From an uncultured delta proteobacterium (GTDB lineage Bacteria; Myxococcota_A; Polyangia; Polyangiales; B10-G4), in the NCBI GenBank assembly GCA_963727445.1, contig CAVSGI010000006.1, positions 384,001-448,000 of the forward strand: a stretch of 64,000 nucleotides of DNA. Reading direction: 5' to 3'. Shown one piece after another: positions 58,437 through 64,000 of this stretch (the stretch's first letter is position 1; each line of letters begins with the position of its first letter). The notes under the pieces are model-generated. The model saw nothing but the letters and a program-made list of their open reading frames with translations. It searched no databases and had not been told where the DNA came from. The position numbers and the translations under genes were made by a program.

Positions 58437-61400
58437 CGACGGCGGCGTCGCAGGGCGAGCGCGGCGAACACCACGAGGGCCGCGAACGGTCCGCCGACGG
58501 GAAGGCCACCGCCGGTCGTCTCGCAGCCGCAGCCCCCGCCGGTCACCATGCCGGGCGGGCCCGGATCGGTGCCCCCGTCTCCGCCGCCGCCGTCACCGCC
58601 ATCGGTCCCTCCGTCGGGACGGGGCGGCATCGGGCAGTCGAGAGGCTCGGCCTCGGTGGTCGGTGCGCCGCCGTTCGACAGCGGCGTCTCGTAGTTGCCG
58701 GTGTTGCGGTTGTCGTGCCGGAACTCCGGCCAGGGCTGCGCGGAGTCCGCGGGCGCGTCGGTGTTCCAGGCGAAGAGGTAGCCGTCGCGGGTGGTGATGA
58801 CGATCTCCACGAGGTCGTCGCCGTCGATGTCGGCCGCCGCGACCGAGCCGGTGATCCAGCCGCCGGTGAACTTCGGAAATCCGTCGGCTTCCTCTCCGCA
58901 CGCGTCCCAGGCATGCACCCAGTAGCCCGCCGAGCCGCTGACCAGCTCGGGGTAGGGGTCGGCGTCCACGTTCATCACCGTCGGATTCACGAAGAAGAGG
59001 TAGTCCTCGATCGCGCGGGGGAAGCCGGGGAGTTGGTTGCCGGTCTGCGTCTCCCAGGCGCCGACCTGGTGGGTGAAGGGCTCGTTGGAGTAGCCGCCCG
59101 CGAGGTTGAGGCCGAGGCGAAGCCCGGCGCCCCCCGTCACGAACTCGGGTCGGCCATCCTGATCGAGGTCGCCGAAGGAGCCCGCGGCGAACGTGTTGAG
59201 CAGGGGCTTGTCGAAGGAGTCGATGACGTCGCTCGAGTAGCCGCGGTCGTTCGAATCGAGGATCAGGATCGGCATGCCGTCGAAGCCGCTGTCGCGTGGA
59301 GGCTGGATGCCGTCCCAGATGAAGATGCTGCCGGCCTGACCGGCCGCGGCGACGTCGGGCCTTCCGTCTGCGTTCACGTCGGCCATGGCGATCGGGGAGG
59401 TGATCCCCTCACCGATGAAGGGATAGAAGTTGATGCTCGCGATGGTGATGGGCCAGTTGTCGTGCTCGGGCCCGCCCTCGTGGAGGTTTCCATCGCCGTG
59501 GATCAGGTGCACCGCGCCGCTGTTGTTGTCGTCGCCCACCTCGTTCGAGCCGACCGCGATGTCCACGATGCCGTCACCGTCCGCGTCGCCCACAGCCGCG
59601 GGCGTCACGATGCGGCTGACCTGCGCGTCCGCGGGATCCATCCAGAGCTGCGGAGCGATGATCTCGACGGGGAAGCCCGGCTGCGTCGTTCCGTCGCCCC
59701 GGAACGCGTAGACGTGGCCGTCATAGGCGGGGAGCACGATCTCGAGGAGGTCGTCCCCGTCGAGGTCGACGAGTGTCGCCGCCGCGAGGGTGCCGCGCTC
59801 GATGGGGGAGTCGGGGTTCATCGGGCCCATGCGGAGCGGGTCGCCGCTGGGGATCTCGGGGAGCGCGATGGGGAAGCCGGCCACCGGCGTTCCATCGGTC
59901 CCGTGGAAGGCGTGCAGGTCACCCTCGGTCGACGACAGGACGATCTCCAGCGTTCCGTCGCCGTCGAGGTCGCCGATAGCGGGCGCGTTCAGGATGATCG
60001 AGGGGTGCAGGTCGTCGGTGGGGATGGCGCCGGTCGCGTAGGCGGGCGAGCCCAGCACGTTGTAGGGCTCCGCCGCGTCGAAGCCGCGGAGCGTGCCGAG
60101 GGCGATCGGGAAGCCCGGGACCTCGGTCGCATCGGCGTTGAAGGCGTGGAGCAATCCGTCGGCGTCGGCGTAGATGATCTCCGCCATGCCGTCGTTGTCG
60201 ACGTCGGCCAGCTTCGCCGAGCTCTCGCCGCTCGCGGCCGGGTACTCGTCGACGTCGTTGCGCACGCCGAGGGGGATGGGGAAGCCGGGCAGAAGGTCGG
60301 GGTCGCTGTGGATGTTGAAGACGCGCCGGGACTCGCCGAGGACGTCGCCCAGCGGTGCGGGATAGTGCGCCGTGACGCGAATGCGCACGGTCACCGTGTA
60401 GCGGTTGTGGATGCCCTCGGCGTCGCCGTTGTCGATCTCGACCGCGCTCACGTCCCAGCTGGCGAGCTCTCCGTCGATGGCGGCGGTCTCGTCCGCGCCC
60501 ATGGCGAGTGTCTCCCAGTCGCCTTCCTCGGGCTCGACGCCGCGCGCCCATTCGATCACGTAGTCGAAGCTCGGCGCGCGTCGCGCGTCCAGGTGGCCGC
60601 GGATCGACACCGTGGGCTCGGTGTCCGGATAGACCACGCGGAACCAGTCGGGGTAGACGATGTCGACTTCGGGCGGGATCGCCCCGTCACGCACCGCCTC
60701 GACGGCGTTGAAGGTGTTGACGCGGCCGTAGCCGAAGCGCTGATCCCAGCCGGGCCGGCTCGGGTACCAGCGCCGGTCGAGGACCGCGCCGCCCGGACGG
60801 CTCTCGGGAACGTCGATGTCCATCGCCGTCATCAACAGGAGCTGCCGCGCCTCTTCGGCGGAGAGCGGCGGATCGAGGGGGCCGCCGGGACGGTCGGCCG
60901 CGATGGCCGACGAGTAGAGGATGCCGGCCACGCCGGAGGTGACGCCGGTCGCTTCCGAAGAGCAACCGGTTCCGGGGGCGCTCAGGACGAGCTGGCCGCC
61001 GTAGTTCGTGCAGTTGTTGAAGGCGAGGTAGCTGTCGGCGTTCTGGGGATTGCCGCCGGCGTAGGTGATCGCGTGGACGTAGAGGGTGTGGTTGGAGGTG
61101 CCGGGGTAGTTGTGGTGATAGCTGTTCTCGTCCGCGGCGCTGGCGACCACCAACACGTCGTTTTCGTAGGCGTAGTCGAGCGCGCGGCGCATGAAGGTGG
61201 TGTTGTTGAGGCTGCCCAGCGCCTCCTGGATGACGCGCGCGCCCGAGTCCACCGCGAACACCACGCTCTGACCGAAGTCCTGGGCGTCGACGATGAAGCT
61301 GTCGCCGGTGCGCACCATCAGGAGGCGGCAGTTGGGGCACTGGCCGATGTCGCCGCCGTCGTTCCCCGATGCCGTGCTGTCCTTACCCTCGCCGGTCCCG

Positions 61401-62158
61401 TGACCGTAGCGGTTGTCGTCCTGTGGGTCGTTGTCGTCAGCGTAGGTGTCCCAGCCGGAGATGTCGTCGACGTAGCCGTTGCCGTCGTCGTCGACCCCAT
61501 CGCTGCACAGGGTGATCAGGTCGCCCGGATCCGCGATGCCGTTCATGTTGCCGGCGCCGTCGAGGGCGGCGCTGAGCGCATCGCGGCTGGCCGCGTCCCT
61601 GCCGACGAACCAGTCGTTCATCGAGAGGTACCCGTCGCCGTCGAGATCGATGCGGTCGCCCATGTGCCCCGGCTGCGGGTCGGGGAGGCAGTTCGGGTCG
61701 AGGCCGCGCGCCTCGAGCTCGGCCTGGTTGATGTAGAACTGGTTGGTCAGGTCGCGCTCGTCCCACTTGATGCCGCTGTCGAGGACGGCGATGACCACCG
61801 AGCGCTCGCCGGTCGTGTACTGCCAGGCCATGTCGCTCCAGGTGCCGCTCCCCATCGCGACCTCGTCGTCACGGAAGCTGTCGCGCGCCGTGGCGGCCGG
61901 CGGGGCCCAGGACCAGTAGTTCCATGCGCCGCCGCTGGCGCGGCTCCAACAGACGCTGCCGCCGGTGCAGGTCTCTCCGTCGCCCTCGATGTCGTAGCCA
62001 TAGGCGTGATCGTCGGGCCAGTTGGCGGGGTCCTGCATGTCCGCTGGCGTCGAGCCCGTGGGCGGCGGCCAGGCCGGGTTCTGGGCGTCGACCTCGGGGG
62101 CGAGCCAGGCTGTGAAAGACGCCACAAGGCCGAAGAAGAGCAGGTGTCGCGGGCGCAT
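58433..62158 (-). CDS. Secreted S8 subtilase-like protein with FG-GAP/VCBS repeats and MYXO-CTERM anchor
   Basis: VIAVLDSG, DDDGNGYVDDISGWD, YGHGTG, GCSSEATG, FGYGRVN; GDLDGDG..EIV repeats; C-terminus GGGCGC...AALALRRRRR. Confidence 0.85.
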   Translation of the reverse strand: MRPRHLLFFGLVASFTAWLAPEVDAQNPAWPPPTGSTPADMQDPANWPDDHAYGYDIEGDGETCTGGSVCWSRASGGAWNYWSWAPPAATARDSFRDDEVAMGSGTWSDMAWQYTTGERSVVIAVLDSGIKWDERDLTNQFYINQAELEARGLDPNCLPDPQPGHMGDRIDLDGDGYLSMNDWFVGRDAASRDALSAALDGAGNMNGIADPGDLITLCSDGVDDDGNGYVDDISGWDTYADDNDPQDDNRYGHGTGEGKDSTASGNDGGDIGQCPNCRLLMVRTGDSFIVDAQDFGQSVVFAVDSGARVIQEALGSLNNTTFMRRALDYAYENDVLVVASAADENSYHHNYPGTSNHTLYVHAITYAGGNPQNADSYLAFNNCTNYGGQLVLSAPGTGCSSEATGVTSGVAGILYSSAIAADRPGGPLDPPLSAEEARQLLLMTAMDIDVPESRPGGAVLDRRWYPSRPGWDQRFGYGRVNTFNAVEAVRDGAIPPEVDIVYPDWFRVVYPDTEPTVSIRGHLDARRAPSFDYVIEWARGVEPEEGDWETLAMGADETAAIDGELASWDVSAVEIDNGDAEGIHNRYTVTVRIRVTAHYPAPLGDVLGESRRVFNIHSDPDLLPGFPIPLGVRNDVDEYPAASGESSAKLADVDNDGMAEIIYADADGLLHAFNADATEVPGFPIALGTLRGFDAAEPYNVLGSPAYATGAIPTDDLHPSIILNAPAIGDLDGDGTLEIVLSSTEGDLHAFHGTDGTPVAGFPIALPEIPSGDPLRMGPMNPDSPIERGTLAAATLVDLDGDDLLEIVLPAYDGHVYAFRGDGTTQPGFPVEIIAPQLWMDPADAQVSRIVTPAAVGDADGDGIVDIAVGSNEVGDDNNSGAVHLIHGDGNLHEGGPEHDNWPITIASINFYPFIGEGITSPIAMADVNADGRPDVAAAGQAGSIFIWDGIQPPRDSGFDGMPILILDSNDRGYSSDVIDSFDKPLLNTFAAGSFGDLDQDGRPEFVTGGAGLRLGLNLAGGYSNEPFTHQVGAWETQTGNQLPGFPRAIEDYLFFVNPTVMNVDADPYPELVSGSAGYWVHAWDACGEEADGFPKFTGGWITGSVAAADIDGDDLVEIVITTRDGYLFAWNTDAPADSAQPWPEFRHDNRNTGNYETPLSNGGAPTTEAEPLDCPMPPRPDGGTDGGDGGGGDGGTDPGPPGMVTGGGCGCETTGGGLPVGGPFAALVVFAALALRRRRR

Positions 62159-62231
62159 CGATTCCTTCCTGTCGGAGGCGGGCAGGCTCTCACGGCGCGG
62201 GCGGGCTGACCATAGGACCCACGGCGCTTTT

Positions 62232-63176
62232 TCAGCGCCGCGTGATGACCAGAAGGCCGGTATCCACCGCTTCGCGGATGACCGCGGGGAGGCTCTCGAG
62301 GGTGAGCTCCTCATCGTGACCGGACAAACAAATCCCGGCGTCGTAGACGTGCAACGAGCGCTGGTCCACCACCGTGATGAAGCGCTCCCCGAGGAAGCGG
62401 AAGGTGACCTCGAGCAGCGCGCCGGATTGACGACGCGTCGCGAGCAGCGTCGCGCCCACCGCGGAGAGCGCCGCCTCGGCCAGCGCCTCGGGCGCGCCCT
62501 CGCGGACGCGCGTGCGCCATGCCGCCCGCCGCCGCTCCGCCTCGGCCATGGCCTTTTCGCGCTGACGCTCACGGGCCCGTGCCTGCCGTTCCTCGGCCAA
62601 ACGTCGCAGCACCTCCTCGGCGACGGCGCCGCCGCGGCGCGCGACGTCGATGGCCGAGGTGCGCACCTCGGAGAAGGACACGGGGATCCCGAGGCGGCGG
62701 GACACGCGATTCAGAAGCGCGAAGCCGTACGCGAAGCGCAGGGAAGGGCCCACGCCTTTGAGCGCGTCGAGGCCGCGCTCCTCCTCGAGCGCGAGGCGTG
62801 CCTCCATCTCCGCGTCCCCGTCGAAGTCGAAGCCTCCGAAGAGCACCTCACCGTCGTGCCACCTGCGGCCAATCACGATCGACAGCGGCTCCGGCTCGTC
62901 CTCGGGCACGAGATGCAAGCGCACGCTCTCGTCGCCGGCGAGGAAGAGCCAGCCGTCCATGTAGTGTCCGCGCACCTTGGGGCGCTCCTCGAGCGACTCG
63001 GGCGCGTCCACCGCTTCGAGGGCGCGAGCCTTCCGCCCCTCGACCTCGAAGCGGTGCCAGCCGGCGGTCGCCTCTCCCTCGAGTCTGAGCCGCCGGCCTT
63101 CCGCCGACACGATGGTGCCGCCGAGATACGGCAGCACCATCGACTGCTTCTTGCCGAGGAGCTTCTCGTAGTCCAC
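62232..63176 (-). CDS. Hypothetical protein with coiled coil and C-terminal DAGICL domain (candidate divergent E2-like)
   Basis: Clean ORF whose only Cys lies in VYDAGICLSGHDEELTLESLPAVIREA; start uncertain (63176 GTG or 63191 TTG); E2 label is inference. Confidence 0.6.
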   Translation of the reverse strand: MDYEKLLGKKQSMVLPYLGGTIVSAEGRRLRLEGEATAGWHRFEVEGRKARALEAVDAPESLEERPKVRGHYMDGWLFLAGDESVRLHLVPEDEPEPLSIVIGRRWHDGEVLFGGFDFDGDAEMEARLALEEERGLDALKGVGPSLRFAYGFALLNRVSRRLGIPVSFSEVRTSAIDVARRGGAVAEEVLRRLAEERQARARERQREKAMAEAERRRAAWRTRVREGAPEALAEAALSAVGATLLATRRQSGALLEVTFRFLGERFITVVDQRSLHVYDAGICLSGHDEELTLESLPAVIREAVDTGLLVITRR

Positions 63177-63244
63177 TAGTGCCTGGTCCAATGACGTAGA
63201 AGGGTTCTCGCTCGTTCGTCGGCCGCCTCGCGGCGTCGGGAAAC

Positions 63245-64000
63245 CTAGCTCTCGACCCCGACGAGCTTGGTCTTCATGACCTTTTCGACGAGGCCGAAGG
63301 CCGGGGCGCCCGTGAGGGTCGGGGCTTCGAGGAGCGCCGACAGGACGCGCGGGACCTGGTACGGGTCGTCGAAGTGCTCGATGCCGATGGTGCTGAAGGG
63401 CACGGCGAGCTCGCGCGCGAGCTGCTGCACCGTCTCGCCGCGGCTCCAGGCGACGTTGAGGATCAGCGCCAGCGCCGCGGGGTGATAGCCGCAGTCGTTG
63501 AAGACCGACGCCAGGGTGCGCCCGTGCTCGCCGGCCTCGTCGCCGACGACAATCACGATCAGCGGCTCGGCCCGCGGCAGGCGCACGCCTGACGAGTAGA
63601 GCGCGCGCACCGCGGCGCCGTGCACCGTGCCGCCTTCGGCCTTGATGCTGCCGAGCATGTGCTGAACCGCAGCGCGGTTCGGTGCCTTGGGCCGGTGCAC
63701 CCAGCCCATGGTGTCGAAGCTGGCGATGTGGAGTCGGTCCATCGGGAAGCCCGCGAGGATGCGGGACAACGCCTCGACCGACTTGTCGATGGCGCCCTGC
63801 ATCGAGCCCGAGCGATCGATGAGGAACATCACCTGGACCTTGGCGTCGGCGGTGGCCTCCTCGACGGCCTTCTCGACCGCGTGCTCCGCGGCCGACTCCA
63901 GCTTCTCGCGCACGGCGTCGCTCTGAACGTTCTTCGCGATGTTGAGCGCGCGCTGGTCGGTGGCGCTCTCCACGGCCTTTTCCCAGGCCGCATAGACCTC
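63245..64000 (-). CDS. von Willebrand factor A (VWA) domain protein, 5' end outside the window
   Basis: MIDAS motif FLIDRSGSM, GGT and VVGDE; the frame stays open to the window edge. Confidence 0.85.
   Translation of the reverse strand, partial: EVYAAWEKAVESATDQRALNIAKNVQSDAVREKLESAAEHAVEKAVEEATADAKVQVMFLIDRSGSMQGAIDKSVEALSRILAGFPMDRLHIASFDTMGWVHRPKAPNRAAVQHMLGSIKAEGGTVHGAAVRALYSSGVRLPRAEPLIVIVVGDEAGEHGRTLASVFNDCGYHPAALALILNVAWSRGETVQQLARELAVPFSTIGIEHFDDPYQVPRVLSALLEAPTLTGAPAFGLVEKVMKTKLVGVES

Noticed and set aside
58370..62209. 1279-aa plus-strand ORF
   Set aside because: Antisense shadow of the S8/FG-GAP gene

Overview
High-GC, densely coding window whose gene content (MYXO-CTERM protein, Cys-rich lipoproteins, Ser/Thr kinase with TonB_C-like tail, giant TPR protein) points to a myxobacterium (Myxococcota, probably Polyangia-like). 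That taxonomy is an inference. Many genes are broken by single-base indels, very densely at 41.2-45.7 kb, which looks more like unpolished long-read error than biology. In order, the window holds: a TPR/SppA/zinc-finger block; deoC, thioredoxin, YyaL and apbE; a DUF4159 + GATase-like pair; an intergenic cassette with two convergent four-helix-bundle (Avd/23S-IVS-like) genes; a cheW-MCP-cheR(STAS)-cheA(REC) chemosensory operon; an OM protein-FecR-kinase-ATPase/HTH operon; TetR plus a 2-hydroxyacyl-CoA dehydratase activase locus; a Cys-rich lipoprotein cluster with a lysyl oxidase; and a VWA / unknown Cys protein / S8 peptidase / JAB / small Gly-ending protein / ThiF operon. Two candidates for undescribed systems stand out. 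(1) The 56.8-64 kb operon looks like a complete but atypical ubiquitin-like conjugation pathway, with a putative divergent E2 and a 76-aa modifier whose tail carries an in-frame 3x111-bp palindromic insertion. (2) At 20.8-22.7 kb, the layout [repeat array]-[long hairpin hiding the RBS]-[four-helix-bundle gene] occurs twice with unrelated repeat sequences. I saw no rRNA, tRNA, CRISPR-Cas, transposase or reverse transcriptase.
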